A model generated the notes under the pieces. The model did not search any database. It had not been told where the DNA came from and saw nothing but the letters and a program-made list of their open reading frames with translations. A stretch of 64,000 nucleotides of DNA from the IMG/VR virus record IMGVR_UViG_3300024348_000004. The stretch is one strand, 5' to 3'. The position numbers were made by a program, and so were the translations under genes. This DNA is from a virus. How positions within the stretch are numbered: position 1 is the first letter of the stretch; every line of letters begins with the position of its first letter. Shown one piece after another: positions 38,381-48,866 of this stretch.

Positions 38381-39716
38381 TGAATATTCACGGAAGGTGC
38401 TTCCTTTTGTAAAGGACGAGTACTTCTCGGAACCCGATGAACAAGTTGTATATAAAGAAGTAGTTTCCTACTTTGAAAAATACAACAAATCTCCAACGGT
38501 TGAAGCACTTCTCATCAATCTAGACAACAACACATCTCTATCAGATGGTGTGTTGAAACAGTCTAAATCAATCGTAAAAGATTTTACATCTTCAGACACA
38601 TCCGCCATTGAGTGGTTAGTAGACGAAACGGAGAAATGGTGCAAGGATAGAGCAATCTATATTGCAGTCATGAACTCTATTGATGTATTGGATGAAAAGA
38701 ATCAACGGTCACGAGGAGAAATACCCGAGTTACTTAAGGATGCACTTTCCGTGTCTTTTGACACAAATATTGGTCACGACCAAATTGAAGATTCAGATGC
38801 TCGTTTTGAATTCTACCATACGGAAGAAGAGAAGATTCCGTTTGACTTAGAATACTTCAACAAGATTACCAAAGGTGGTCTTCCCAACAAGACACTTAAC
38901 ATTTGTCTTGCTGGTACTGGTGTCGGTAAGTCATTGTTCATGTGTCATATGGCCGCTGCTGGTCTTATGATGAACAAGAATGTATTATACATTACACTTG
39001 AGATGTCGGAAGAAAGGATTGCAGAAAGAATCGATGCAAATGTCATGAACATACCCATGAAAGATTTGCCCGATTTATCTAAGAAAATGTTTGATAAGAA
39101 GGTGGACAAAGTAAGAAGTAAAACTCAAGGGAAATTAATCATCAAAGAATATCCTACTGCATCAGCACACGTAGGACACTTCAGACACCTATTACAGGAA
39201 CTAGAACTGAAGAAAGATTTCACACCCGATATGATTTTTATCGATTACCTTAACATCTGTGCCAGTGCAAGGGTAAAACCTGGCGCTGGTGCAAACTCTT
39301 ATACACTAGTAAAGAGTATTGCAGAAGAACTTAGAGGACTTGCAGTGGAGTTTGATGTGCCGATTATGAGTGCAACCCAAACAACACGTAGTGGATACGG
39401 TAACAGTGACATTGAGTTGACTGATACATCTGAATCCTTTGGTCTTCCTGCTACTGCAGACTTTATGTTTGCATTGATTACATCCGATGAACTAGAAGAA
39501 CTAGACCAGTTGGTTGTAAAACAATTGAAGAATAGATACAATGACCCAACCGTATTCAAAAGGTTTGTGATTGGTATCGATAGAAGTCGTATGAAACTCT
39601 ATGATTGTGAACAAGAAGCACAAGAAGACTTGCACGATGGTACTCAATTAATAGACGACAGTATTCCTGTTGCAGACAGAGGAAGGAGTGAAAAATTTAA
39701 CGACTTTAAGTTTTAA
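38328..39716 (+). CDS. 41: gp41 replicative helicase
   Basis: [47 protein letters not shown]. Confidence 0.96.
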   Translation: MDKTRLETTILKNLILSDEYSRKVLPFVKDEYFSEPDEQVVYKEVVSYFEKYNKSPTVEALLINLDNNTSLSDGVLKQSKSIVKDFTSSDTSAIEWLVDETEKWCKDRAIYIAVMNSIDVLDEKNQRSRGEIPELLKDALSVSFDTNIGHDQIEDSDARFEFYHTEEEKIPFDLEYFNKITKGGLPNKTLNICLAGTGVGKSLFMCHMAAAGLMMNKNVLYITLEMSEERIAERIDANVMNIPMKDLPDLSKKMFDKKVDKVRSKTQGKLIIKEYPTASAHVGHFRHLLQELELKKDFTPDMIFIDYLNICASARVKPGAGANSYTLVKSIAEELRGLAVEFDVPIMSATQTTRSGYGNSDIELTDTSESFGLPATADFMFALITSDELEELDQLVVKQLKNRYNDPTVFKRFVIGIDRSRMKLYDCEQEAQEDLHDGTQLIDDSIPVADRGRSEKFNDFKF

Positions 39717-39737
39717 ATGCATAAATAGATATATATT

Positions 39738-39911
39738 ATGAATAAGTCCTTAGACCCCAATGAAGTAATCACAACGTTACAAAAGCGGATTGAGATTAAA
39801 AAGCAACTCAGAAAATCGGGTGAGTTACCCCCATCTGAGGTAAAGAAGTTGACTAAAAAGAAAAATGATTTAGATGAAAAACTAAAATCAAAACCCCTTG
39901 CTAAGATTTAA
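39738..39911 (+). CDS. Small basic late protein (57 aa), not in ORF track
   Basis: CATAAATA upstream; MNKSLDPNEVITTLQKRIEIKKQLRK... Confidence 0.55.
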   Translation: MNKSLDPNEVITTLQKRIEIKKQLRKSGELPPSEVKKLTKKKNDLDEKLKSKPLAKI

Positions 39912-39946
39912 AATGCTATAAATAACACTATAGTTTAGGAGAAACC

Positions 39947-40372
39947 ATGCCGTACACAACAGAACAAATCGCTATTCAAGAGAAAGTAGTATTAGATTTA
40001 GACGAAAAAATTAAATGGATTAATGACACAAGTCATCATTTTACTGGTGGACGTGTATGTCCAAAGACCGATAGTGCAATGACAAGAACCCAATTTTGGG
40101 CTGCTTGGAGAACTGCGAATCCAAATGCTGTTACAGCAAATCCAACTTACGGAACTGTGCCTGAAGGTCAGGATGGTGCAGGGACATGGACAATCCTAAG
40201 TACCGATACTAGTGCCGCCAACTCAACACTCATGTGGGATTATTGGCAACATGATATGGTCTATGATGTCGGTTACGAACAAGCAGATTGGTCATCAACA
40301 GTCACAAGTTTACAAAGTGATTTGACTGATGCCAATACTTTGCTAACCACAATGCAAAACGACCCAGCATAA
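39947..40372 (+). CDS. Late hypothetical protein (possible virion component)
   Basis: TATAAATA at 39917, AGGAG SD; T/A/D-rich. Confidence 0.65.
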   Translation: MPYTTEQIAIQEKVVLDLDEKIKWINDTSHHFTGGRVCPKTDSAMTRTQFWAAWRTANPNAVTANPTYGTVPEGQDGAGTWTILSTDTSAANSTLMWDYWQHDMVYDVGYEQADWSSTVTSLQSDLTDANTLLTTMQNDPA

Positions 40373-40424
40373 AAAACACCTAAATAGTAGACGAACACAC
40401 ATTAAAGGTGTATAATCTACTATT

Positions 40425-41624
40425 ATGACAGCGAAAAACTTACATTTAGAACACTTAGAAGACGAAATCATCAATCAAGGTATTGATGGTGGTCGTGGTG
40501 CGATTTTCTTTCTTCAAGGTCTTAGAGACATGATGAAAGGTAACCAAAATTCTAGAGTGAACATGACTGTGAAATGGGATGGTGCTCCAGCAATCTTTGT
40601 TGGGAAACATCCCGAAGACGGCAGATTCTTTGTCGCAAAGAAATCACTATTCAATAAAGAACCTCTCTTTTATACTTCAGAACAAGAAATTAAAGACGCT
40701 AAAGAACTATCTTCTAATCTGAAGGAAAAGTTCTTGACATCATTTCAGTGCTTATCTAAACTATCCTTTACTGATATCTTACAGGGTGACTTGATGTACA
40801 CTAACGATAAGAAGATGACAAATATGGATGGTAAAACATTCATCACATTCCAACCAAACACAATCATGTATGCAGTAGATGTAGAATCAAAACTTGGTAA
40901 AGAGATTGCCAGTTCTAAGATGGGTATAGTGTTTCACACTACTTACACTGGTTCTACAATTGACGGATTATCTGCCTCCTTTGGTGCAAAACTACCAAGT
41001 GGAAGTAGTAGTGATGTGTGGATGGATGATGCAACATATAAGGATGTGAGTGGTAACAGTAGTATGACTGCAAAAGAAACACTTGCATTAACTAGGGAGT
41101 TGACTGCAGTGGGTAAAGCATTCCACGGTATCAATAAGAAAGATTTGCAGAAGTTTAAACAGATACAGGAAACTATCGCAATGAAAGGTGCAGGTGCAAC
41201 TTACAAAACATATTGTAACGCACAAATTAGGGCGGGTTCATACAAACCAACATACAACGGATACATGAAACACTTCGAAAACTACTGGAGAGATATGGTA
41301 GTTGGTAAAGTGAAGATGGAAAAGACTAAACAAATTAAAACAGAAATTGGTGAACAACTTTACGCTGAGTTACGGTCACTAAATAAATTCATAACAAACT
41401 TGACTAAATTCATGGAACACTTGGTCATTGCAAAACAAATCATAATTGTTGCACTAAATAGAGTAAAGAGTATAGGAACATTCAAAAGAACCGATAAGGG
41501 GTTCGAGGCGGTCAACCCCGAGGGTTATGTTGCAATTGATAGAACTGGAAGTGCAGTAAAACTTGTTGACAGAATGGAGTTTGCATACAATAACTTCACT
41601 GCAATGAAAGCGTGGGACAAGTAA
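40425..41624 (+). CDS. Ligase-fold nucleotidyltransferase (DUF6267-like)
   Basis: Motif I TVKWDG, III ILQGDL, IV PEGYVA, V AVKLV. Confidence 0.7.
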   Translation: MTAKNLHLEHLEDEIINQGIDGGRGAIFFLQGLRDMMKGNQNSRVNMTVKWDGAPAIFVGKHPEDGRFFVAKKSLFNKEPLFYTSEQEIKDAKELSSNLKEKFLTSFQCLSKLSFTDILQGDLMYTNDKKMTNMDGKTFITFQPNTIMYAVDVESKLGKEIASSKMGIVFHTTYTGSTIDGLSASFGAKLPSGSSSDVWMDDATYKDVSGNSSMTAKETLALTRELTAVGKAFHGINKKDLQKFKQIQETIAMKGAGATYKTYCNAQIRAGSYKPTYNGYMKHFENYWRDMVVGKVKMEKTKQIKTEIGEQLYAELRSLNKFITNLTKFMEHLVIAKQIIIVALNRVKSIGTFKRTDKGFEAVNPEGYVAIDRTGSAVKLVDRMEFAYNNFTAMKAWDK

Positions 41625-41824
41625 TGAAATCATTTAAAGAATTTTTAAAAGAAGAGTTTGCACTACCTAAGTATCCTGCTCAAACAGACATCAAGTTTAA
41701 AGATGATGACTGGGTTGTGGGTGACCCCGAAAAAGCATATGAGTATGACGGTAGTAAAACTGGTGACCAAAATATGGAAATCATGAATGACTTAGTAGAT
41801 AAAGACAGAGAGAAGATGTCGTGA
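41624..41824 (+). CDS. Small internal-head-protein-like protein
   Basis: N-terminus MKSFKEFLKEE resembles the T4 IP capsid-targeting sequence. Confidence 0.65.
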   Translation: MKSFKEFLKEEFALPKYPAQTDIKFKDDDWVVGDPEKAYEYDGSKTGDQNMEIMNDLVDKDREKMS

Positions 41825-43176
41825 AAAAATTCGGAAAATTTCTAACAGAAGCAAAAGATAAAGGTGCAGTATTCACCTTCGGTAGATTCAATCCACCAAC
41901 AACTGGTCACGAGAAACTAGTAAAGAAACTCGCAAGTCAAAAATCATTTGGTGATGTACTTTTATTCTCATCACACTCAAATGACAAAGTAAAGAATCCG
42001 CTGTCACACAAAGATAAAGTTAAGTATCTAAAAGCATTCTTCGGTAAAGACGTGAATGTAATTGACGCTGATGTCAAACAGATTTTCCAAATCCTAACAT
42101 ACCTATATGATAAGAACTACCGAAAAATTCGGATGATAGTGGGGTCAGATAGAGTTAGAGAGTTTGAGACTATTATCAATAAGTATAATAGTGTAAAGGG
42201 AAGACACGGTTTCTACAAGTTTGATGAAATACAGATTGTATCTGCTGGAGAAAGAGACCCCGATTCAGATGACGTAAGTGGAATGAGTGCAAGTAAAATG
42301 AGAGCATTTGCAGAGAAGGGAGACTTTGAATCATTTAAGGAAGGTGTCCCCACAAAAGGCAAACGACTTGCAGACAAATTGTACAAAGACATTCGTAAAG
42401 GAATGGGTATTGCAGAAGGTACACTACCACACTACATGATGGAAGACTTAATTACAGAGGGTGTATATGACCCAGGCGTATTCAAAGCAGTTTTCTTTTC
42501 AGGTGGGCCAGGCAGTGGTAAGTCAACAGTAGTTGATGCACTTTCATTAAAAGCACTTGGTTTAAAGTTAGTCAACACTGATAAAGCATTTGAGAATGGA
42601 TTACAGAAAGCAGGATTATCTCTAGACCTTAGAGGTGCAGACTTTGATAAAATAGACCCCATTCGTGCAAAGGCGAAAAGGATTACTGGAAGGAATATGG
42701 ATGCATATATAGAAGGTAGACTAGGGATGATATTTGACACTACTAGTGCAAACCTATCCAAGGTTAATTCATACAAGAAGATGTTAGACTCGATTGGATA
42801 TGAATCGAAAATGATATTTGTAAATGCAACATTAAATAATGCTCAAAAACGAAATGATATGAGACCTAGAAAGTTGCCGCAAGAAATTGTAAAACAAGAC
42901 TGGGATAAGGCGCAGAAAAATGCAAGAGACCTTAAAAAGATATTCGGTAGAGACTACGTAGAAATTTCCAACGATGATGATTTAAACGCACTACAGAGAA
43001 AGTCTAATAGTCTCTTTGGTAAACTAATGAGTTGGTCTACTTCATTCCCTAAAAATAAAATTGCACTTAATTGGAAATCTTACGAACTGCTGAAGAAGGA
43101 TACTACTGGGTATTCATCTATGAGAAGTAAAGATTCTGTGAAAAAATCACCAACAGATAAACCAAGTCCGTTTTAA
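41821..43176 (+). CDS. HIGH-family nucleotidyltransferase fused to P-loop kinase (Pnk/zeta-like)
   Basis: FGRFNPPTTGH, VGSDR, GMSASKMR; then GGPGSGKST, VNTD, IFDTT, KRNDMR. Confidence 0.85.
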   Translation: MKKFGKFLTEAKDKGAVFTFGRFNPPTTGHEKLVKKLASQKSFGDVLLFSSHSNDKVKNPLSHKDKVKYLKAFFGKDVNVIDADVKQIFQILTYLYDKNYRKIRMIVGSDRVREFETIINKYNSVKGRHGFYKFDEIQIVSAGERDPDSDDVSGMSASKMRAFAEKGDFESFKEGVPTKGKRLADKLYKDIRKGMGIAEGTLPHYMMEDLITEGVYDPGVFKAVFFSGGPGSGKSTVVDALSLKALGLKLVNTDKAFENGLQKAGLSLDLRGADFDKIDPIRAKAKRITGRNMDAYIEGRLGMIFDTTSANLSKVNSYKKMLDSIGYESKMIFVNATLNNAQKRNDMRPRKLPQEIVKQDWDKAQKNARDLKKIFGRDYVEISNDDDLNALQRKSNSLFGKLMSWSTSFPKNKIALNWKSYELLKKDTTGYSSMRSKDSVKKSPTDKPSPF

Positions 43177-43194
43177 AAAGATATAAATAGTATT

Positions 43195-44316
43195 ATGACT
43201 AAAAGATTAGAAACATTACTTCAACAATTTACATCCTTGAAAGAGGATGCAGTCGCAGCAGCGGAACTAAAAGCAAAACAAGCAGAAGAATTGGAACGTC
43301 TTAAAACAAAACACGAGACCGAATTAGAAGCACTTACTGATAGACACGAAAGAGAGAGTGAGAGACAGAAAGGTCAAGATGAGAAAGAAGTAAAAGATGA
43401 CCAAATCAAAACAAAACGAGACGCTGATAGAAAGGCGAACGAAGAGCGGGATTACAAAAAAGAGTATGCGAATTATCACTCAAAACCCGACCAAATTAAA
43501 AGACGTGCAAAAAGAAATGAAGCACGAAGAAGTCTAAAGGACAGAAAAGATATAAAAGGAAAGGACGTTCACCATAAGGACAATAATCCTATGAACAACG
43601 ATAAGTCTAATCTTAGTATCGTTTCTCAAAATTATAACAGAAAAGAACCAAGACTTAGAGAAGAAGACTCCGTAGAAGAAGGTAAGTTAGTAACTTCAGC
43701 TGTAGATATCATTAAATTGATTACTAAAAAGGTTGCAGACAGATTAGAAAAAGAGTATAGAAGAAATCCCGAGAAAGGTCTTGGTATGATTAACACTATC
43801 GGTGCAATGGTTGGACATAAAGTTACAGACCAAAAACAAGAGAAAGGTAAACTGTTTCTTAAGTTTGGTGATGTACAGGAAGTTAAACAGGACAAAGATA
43901 TCAAAGACCGTGAAGGTACACAACCATCCAAGTATTATGCAAAGGATGCTGATGGTGATGAGATGTCCAAATCCACCAAACAAAAACGTGCCGCTCATTT
44001 TGCACAGAAGAAAGATGGCCCAGCGCCAGGCGATTCAAGTGCAGAAACAAAACCATCAAAACACACCAAGAAATTCCAAAAGATGTTTGGTGAAGATGCT
44101 GGTAAATCCCTTGCAAATAAAGCAGACAAGTCAGGAATCGCTAAGGGTATTCTACAACAAGTTTATAACAGAGGAGTCGCCGCTTGGAAAACTGGTCACA
44201 GACCAGGCACAACGCCAGAACAGTGGGGACATGCTCGTGTTAATTCTTTTATCACAAAAGGTAAAGGAACTTGGGGTGGTGCTGATAAAGACCTTGCTAA
44301 GAAAGCAGGTGGTTAA
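43195..44316 (+). CDS. Multidomain late protein with internal HNH module
   Basis: TATAAATA at 43182; coiled coil; DVHHKDNNPMNN...NL...N HNH; C-terminal VYNRGVAAWKTGHRPG...RVNSF domain. Confidence 0.75.
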   Translation: MTKRLETLLQQFTSLKEDAVAAAELKAKQAEELERLKTKHETELEALTDRHERESERQKGQDEKEVKDDQIKTKRDADRKANEERDYKKEYANYHSKPDQIKRRAKRNEARRSLKDRKDIKGKDVHHKDNNPMNNDKSNLSIVSQNYNRKEPRLREEDSVEEGKLVTSAVDIIKLITKKVADRLEKEYRRNPEKGLGMINTIGAMVGHKVTDQKQEKGKLFLKFGDVQEVKQDKDIKDREGTQPSKYYAKDADGDEMSKSTKQKRAAHFAQKKDGPAPGDSSAETKPSKHTKKFQKMFGEDAGKSLANKADKSGIAKGILQQVYNRGVAAWKTGHRPGTTPEQWGHARVNSFITKGKGTWGGADKDLAKKAGG

Positions 44317-44380
44317 GTGACATTTTGGTTTGTAGTATTAATAACTATATGTATTTTATACATGGAATTGGAGAGTAGAC

Positions 44381-44743
44381 ATGACAGGAAATAAACATGA
44401 TAATGGTGTTCACGAAATAGGAACAGACGAAATCCGTAAAGCATACCAAGAAGACACGCCTGGGCAAACTGTAGAAGAATACTTGTCACAGATTGCACTC
44501 GTCAATGAAGAACAAACAGAAAATACAAAGAAACACTTCAGTCAAGTGTTCCAAAATCCATTAAAGGGATATCCTTATCAGAAAGAAGAAACAGAAGAAG
44601 GGATAGAAGAAAGACATTCAGATGTAATGAAAAAGAGAACACAGTCTCAACAAAAGGCACATCAAAAAGCAATGATGAAGTCTGCAAAAAAGTCTATCAA
44701 AGACTATGATGCAAAGAATAAGAACAAGAATGAAGACTTTTAA
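44381..44743 (+). CDS. Late hypothetical protein (internal-protein-like)
   Basis: HEIGTDE...YQEDTPGQ; E-rich linker; GGAG SD. Confidence 0.65.
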   Translation: MTGNKHDNGVHEIGTDEIRKAYQEDTPGQTVEEYLSQIALVNEEQTENTKKHFSQVFQNPLKGYPYQKEETEEGIEERHSDVMKKRTQSQQKAHQKAMMKSAKKSIKDYDAKNKNKNEDF

Positions 44744-45266
44744 AGACCAAGCTCTTATCGAGACACTCGATACACTACAAGAGACTAATACCAACATCCT
44801 CGACAACCCATTCAGGTTGGGTTCCTTAATGTTCTTTGAGACCATCAAAGAAGCACGAAAGTTAGTCAGTGAAGGACGATATAGACTCACAGAAGTCGAT
44901 AAACATATACTAGAGACAGATATTGGAGATTTTGAAGTATATGAGGGTAATCTAGTACCCCTCGATTGTCCGATGATAGTAGAGGCGGAAGAAAAGAAAC
45001 AACCCGAATTAAATAAACCAAAAGCAGGTGGCCCAAAAAAATACTATGTCTATGTTAAAGACGGAGACAAAATTAAGAAAGTAACATGGGGTGACACTAC
45101 AGGTTTAAAGGTGAAACTTGGTAACGAAAAAGCACGTAAATCATTCGCTGCTAGACACAAGTGTTCACAACAAAAAGATAAAACTTCTGCTGCTTATTGG
45201 GCATGTAGATTACCATATTATGCAAAACAGTTAGGACTATCCGATGGAGGTAGTTTTTACTGGTAG
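44730..45266 (+). CDS. Conserved phage protein (DUF6321-like C-terminal domain)
   Basis: MKTFKD start; LNKPK...KKYYVYVK...ARKSFAARHKC...AAYWAC. Confidence 0.75.
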   Translation: MKTFKDQALIETLDTLQETNTNILDNPFRLGSLMFFETIKEARKLVSEGRYRLTEVDKHILETDIGDFEVYEGNLVPLDCPMIVEAEEKKQPELNKPKAGGPKKYYVYVKDGDKIKKVTWGDTTGLKVKLGNEKARKSFAARHKCSQQKDKTSAAYWACRLPYYAKQLGLSDGGSFYW

Positions 45267-45275
45267 GAATACATT

Positions 45276-45566
45276 ATGACCAGTGACAACCCATATACAG
45301 AAAAACTTTACGAACAACATGGTACTGGGTTACCATATATAATAAGGACATTCTCAGAAACAGTCGATGAAAATGACCTCATTTGGCATAGAGATAAAAC
45401 AAATAGAACACTTCGAATCCTTTCAGGTATGGATTGGAAGTTACAATTAGATGATAAACTACCTGAAACACTTGCTACTGGAGGCGAATACTTTATTCTC
45501 AAAGAGACATACCACCGATTAATTAAGGGTCATGGCGACTTGGTGGTAAGGATAGAGAATATATAA
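45276..45566 (+). CDS. Cupin-like conserved phage protein
   Basis: LIWHRD...WKLQLDDKLP...YHRLIKG. Confidence 0.7.
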   Translation: MTSDNPYTEKLYEQHGTGLPYIIRTFSETVDENDLIWHRDKTNRTLRILSGMDWKLQLDDKLPETLATGGEYFILKETYHRLIKGHGDLVVRIENI

Positions 45567-45577
45567 ATAATAGTACT

Positions 45578-46156
45578 ATGAGTTATAATAAAGACAACTG
45601 GAAAGACAAACTAGACGAAGTCCGTAACTTTGGTCGAGAACCTGCTGTAGTAGTGGAAGAAGTTCTTGATAATGATACAGTAATCAATAACGAGATTGAG
45701 GAAGAACTTAAAAAGTTTTTCCAAGAGGATGAGACCACCGAAACAATTGAAGAAGAAATTCTCCTAGAAGCATCCGCTGGTGCAATGATTGACCAATTGT
45801 TCAATCTTAAAGGAGATAAGGATTCACAATACGGTGTTGCAAAGATGCTAAGTATGACTGGTGTTAAAGTTGTACAACAAATGCAGAAACAAAATCCACA
45901 AGGATTTGAAAAGTTAGTTTCTCAATTAGGTAAAGAGAAAAAGATTACACTACCTACCAATAGTAAACTAATGAAAATGTTTAAAGATGCAGGTATCAAA
46001 GAAACAGTACAAGAAGAGAATCTTTCAGTAGAAAAAACTGTAGAAAAACTCGTAGAAAGAAACATGTTAGGTAGATTGGCAAAATCTTTACGTTTGGATG
46101 AAGAAGGTAAAGAGAAAATGTTCGACTACTTCGAAAATGGAGAATTAAAACAATAA
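45578..46156 (+). CDS. Late E-rich protein (internal head/core-like)
   Basis: TATAAATA at 45562; many (I/L/V)xE sites. Confidence 0.65.
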   Translation: MSYNKDNWKDKLDEVRNFGREPAVVVEEVLDNDTVINNEIEEELKKFFQEDETTETIEEEILLEASAGAMIDQLFNLKGDKDSQYGVAKMLSMTGVKVVQQMQKQNPQGFEKLVSQLGKEKKITLPTNSKLMKMFKDAGIKETVQEENLSVEKTVEKLVERNMLGRLAKSLRLDEEGKEKMFDYFENGELKQ

Positions 46157-46758
46157 TGAAATTCACATCTATGGGTTTATCAGAAGACCTAATCAACACA
46201 ATGGAAGCAGTACTTGCCATGGAAGGCGATTACGAAGAGTTCTTTCAAAAAGCACTTAAAAAGTTTGGTGTAGACTCACCAGCAGATTTTAAATCAGAAG
46301 AAGAAAAGAAGAAGTTCTTTGACTATGTAGATAAAAACTACAAAGGGAAGGACGAAGAAGTCGAAGAAGGAAAAGCAAAACCTGTAAAAAAGTTCTTAAA
46401 ATTGGGTGACTGCTCTTACGACAAGAAAAAAAAAGTTAAAGAAGACAACAGTCAAGGAATGGAAGACTTTGTAGAGTACAAGTACAAGTCTGCATCACTC
46501 AATAAAATCAAACAAGACCTCAAAAAATTGATGCAAAGAGAATCAGAGTTTAAAGATTCTCAAAAGTATGGTAAGATGTTGATGAAAGCAATGGATAATG
46601 TTACTCTTGTTAACGATGACGGCATTCCACATATGACACCAAAGTTCAATAAAGAAATTATTGCTGCTTATAACGGTGACACATCTTTCAGAGAAGACGT
46701 TGCATCAATCGTAATTAAACATGATGACAATCTCGCATACGCAATATTTGGAGTATAA
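46156..46758 (+). CDS. Late protein (internal head/core-like)
   Basis: FFQKALKKFGVDSPADF..EEKKKFFDYVDKNY module; TAATG coupling. Confidence 0.65.
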   Translation: MKFTSMGLSEDLINTMEAVLAMEGDYEEFFQKALKKFGVDSPADFKSEEEKKKFFDYVDKNYKGKDEEVEEGKAKPVKKFLKLGDCSYDKKKKVKEDNSQGMEDFVEYKYKSASLNKIKQDLKKLMQRESEFKDSQKYGKMLMKAMDNVTLVNDDGIPHMTPKFNKEIIAAYNGDTSFREDVASIVIKHDDNLAYAIFGV

Positions 46759-46760
46759 GT

Positions 46761-48098
46761 ATGAACATATTTCACGAAGCAAAAAAAGTTCTAGACAAAG
46801 ATGGTAAAGTAAATCCACTTGGGCCATACGGTAAACAGAAACTTACTGGTCAAGAAGTCGCTTCTTATTTCAAAAAGAATAAAGTATCAGACTCCAAAGT
46901 CAAAAGAGCAGTAGAAGTTGCACTCGACCTGAGCGGTGCTATGGATATCGCTGCTAAAGAAATTAAAAACTTCTTTGGTGATAAAATACTTAAATCAAAA
47001 GAAGTGCAGTATGCATTAAAATACGCAAACGAAGAAGTTGTATCAGAAGCAAAGATGAAAGACCTCTTCAGAAAACATAAAAGAGAACTTACAAAAGCAT
47101 ACAAAACTGGTGATTTATCATTCATGTCTTCTGCTGGTAAGAAAGCGGAAGATGACCTAACTCAATGGGCATTGAACAACAATGAAATTCATAGTGATGA
47201 CCCCGATGAGTTTTTTGATTGGTTATCTCGTGACCTTGAAGACATAGTCAAAGGTAAAATCAAAGAAGAAACTGTATCAGAGAACTATAGAGTTCTTGCA
47301 AAACATGGTATGGGTGCAGAGACTAAGAACTCAATTAAAGTTGGTACAGAAGTAGATTACTACCAAAAAGATGGTGCCAAGTACATGGGTAAAATCACCA
47401 AGATGACTTCAAAAGGTTACATCGTAAGAGACGACAAGACTAAGAAAGACCATGAGTTCACATACCACGATAGAGTTAAAGCAAAAAAATATCTCAAACA
47501 GGGTGATAACATACAAGAAAAAGTAGAGTATGCAGAATACAAATTCAAAAACAAAAGAGATGCTCAAAAAGCATTAGACTACTTTAAAAGTCAACAGTTA
47601 ATCAAACTAGAAATCAATGATGACGGATTGAGTCATGGTGAACTTGCAATTGATGCTGGTAAGTATGACATGACCAAGTATCACAAAGAAGTGTTAAAGA
47701 AATTTAAACCAAAAGTTCTTACAACAGAAATGGCATCTGCACAACAGGCAGCAATCGCAATCGCAAAGAAACAGAAAAATGAATCTGTTATGGATTCATA
47801 CAGAAACATGTGGGAAGAATCACTAGATGAAGCAGTTGCAGACCTCACTGTGGATATAAGAAACAAAATATCAAAACCTGCTGACCAAAACAAACATGCA
47901 ATGGAAATTGCAAAACAGGCAAAAAGATTTGGTTTAAAAAGTTCATTGATGGGTAAACATGTCAGACTCAAAGGTGGTAAGAAGGCAGTCAATGACTTTC
48001 TAAGAGTAGTCATTGGTAAATCATCATATGGTGACCCAACTGAACAAGACACATCAACACCTCAAATCGATAAGATGTTGACTAAGGGGTTAAAATAA
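46761..48098 (+). CDS. Late multidomain K/E-rich protein (polyprotein-like)
   Basis: Several short modules separated by VVSE, TVSE, NIQE, LTTE, SLDE. Confidence 0.65.
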   Translation: MNIFHEAKKVLDKDGKVNPLGPYGKQKLTGQEVASYFKKNKVSDSKVKRAVEVALDLSGAMDIAAKEIKNFFGDKILKSKEVQYALKYANEEVVSEAKMKDLFRKHKRELTKAYKTGDLSFMSSAGKKAEDDLTQWALNNNEIHSDDPDEFFDWLSRDLEDIVKGKIKEETVSENYRVLAKHGMGAETKNSIKVGTEVDYYQKDGAKYMGKITKMTSKGYIVRDDKTKKDHEFTYHDRVKAKKYLKQGDNIQEKVEYAEYKFKNKRDAQKALDYFKSQQLIKLEINDDGLSHGELAIDAGKYDMTKYHKEVLKKFKPKVLTTEMASAQQAAIAIAKKQKNESVMDSYRNMWEESLDEAVADLTVDIRNKISKPADQNKHAMEIAKQAKRFGLKSSLMGKHVRLKGGKKAVNDFLRVVIGKSSYGDPTEQDTSTPQIDKMLTKGLK

Positions 48099-48099
48099 C

Positions 48100-48321
48100 A
48101 TGAACTTAATGGAAACCTATAGAAGTATCGCAGAAGCGGCACCAAAAATGAAAAAGTTGGGCATATACGGTTCAGAGATTAGTGGATTAAAATACAAGAA
48201 TGGTACTTATAATGCTAAACCAGTAATATATGGTAGTAATAAGTTAGGATTCAGAGTTCAAAATGAGTTTGGAGACTTTGAAACTGTCGACCTTAAAACA
48301 TTCGCCAAAAGGTTTGGATAA
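48100..48321 (+). CDS. Small late protein
   Basis: MNLMETYRSIAEA leader. Confidence 0.6.
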   Translation: MNLMETYRSIAEAAPKMKKLGIYGSEISGLKYKNGTYNAKPVIYGSNKLGFRVQNEFGDFETVDLKTFAKRFG

Positions 48322-48866
48322 TGGATAGAGTAGACGCCAGATATAAACTCTTTAAAGAAAAATTAAAGAAACTGGGATATGCAAAGAAAGAGGCAAAAGA
48401 AACTAACGCTGTTTTAGAAAAGGCGGGTGACTTTGGTATGATGTCTGATGCTGGTAATAAGAAAATTGCACGTGCCGTTAAACAGTCTAAGTCAGAGAAA
48501 GAACTCAAACAAAAGTTAGAGAAAATTTCTACAATGGCCGGCGGAAAGTATTCTGAAGCAACTGAAGATGAAGTACTTGATAGGGCAATTTCTGCCTTCC
48601 AAGATACTGCAATGGGTTCTCAGGCATGGGCAGATAAAAATATCGTTGTCCAACTTGGTCAATTTAGAGACCATATTAAGGATGGAGAAGTCTCCACCAA
48701 CGATAATAAAAAGACGAAAGTAAAGAGAGATGATGCGGTAAAGGTTTATGATACTTTAATGAAGGTTAAGGCCCCTATTCGTGATAAATACTCTAGACTT
48801 TTACAGAAAGACGCAAACACGTTTAAAAAGACTTTTGATGCTATATTGAAAGTCGCAAACAAATAA
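48321..48866 (+). CDS. Late hypothetical protein
   Basis: VDARYKLFKEKLKKLGY; TAATG coupling. Confidence 0.65.
   Translation: MDRVDARYKLFKEKLKKLGYAKKEAKETNAVLEKAGDFGMMSDAGNKKIARAVKQSKSEKELKQKLEKISTMAGGKYSEATEDEVLDRAISAFQDTAMGSQAWADKNIVVQLGQFRDHIKDGEVSTNDNKKTKVKRDDAVKVYDTLMKVKAPIRDKYSRLLQKDANTFKKTFDAILKVANK

Noticed and set aside
42420-43176. Zeta toxin-antitoxin module
   Set aside because: No antitoxin is evident; the kinase is fused to an NTase and is equally consistent with a Pnk-like domain.
43440-43660. HNH homing endonuclease or intron/intein
   Set aside because: The HNH is a short module in a late multidomain ORF; gp43, nrdA, nrdB, uvsX and gp41 appear uninterrupted, with no intein motifs.
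44317-44394. 25-aa hydrophobic GTG-start ORF
   Set aside because: It fills the gap plausibly but is too short to support without conservation data.
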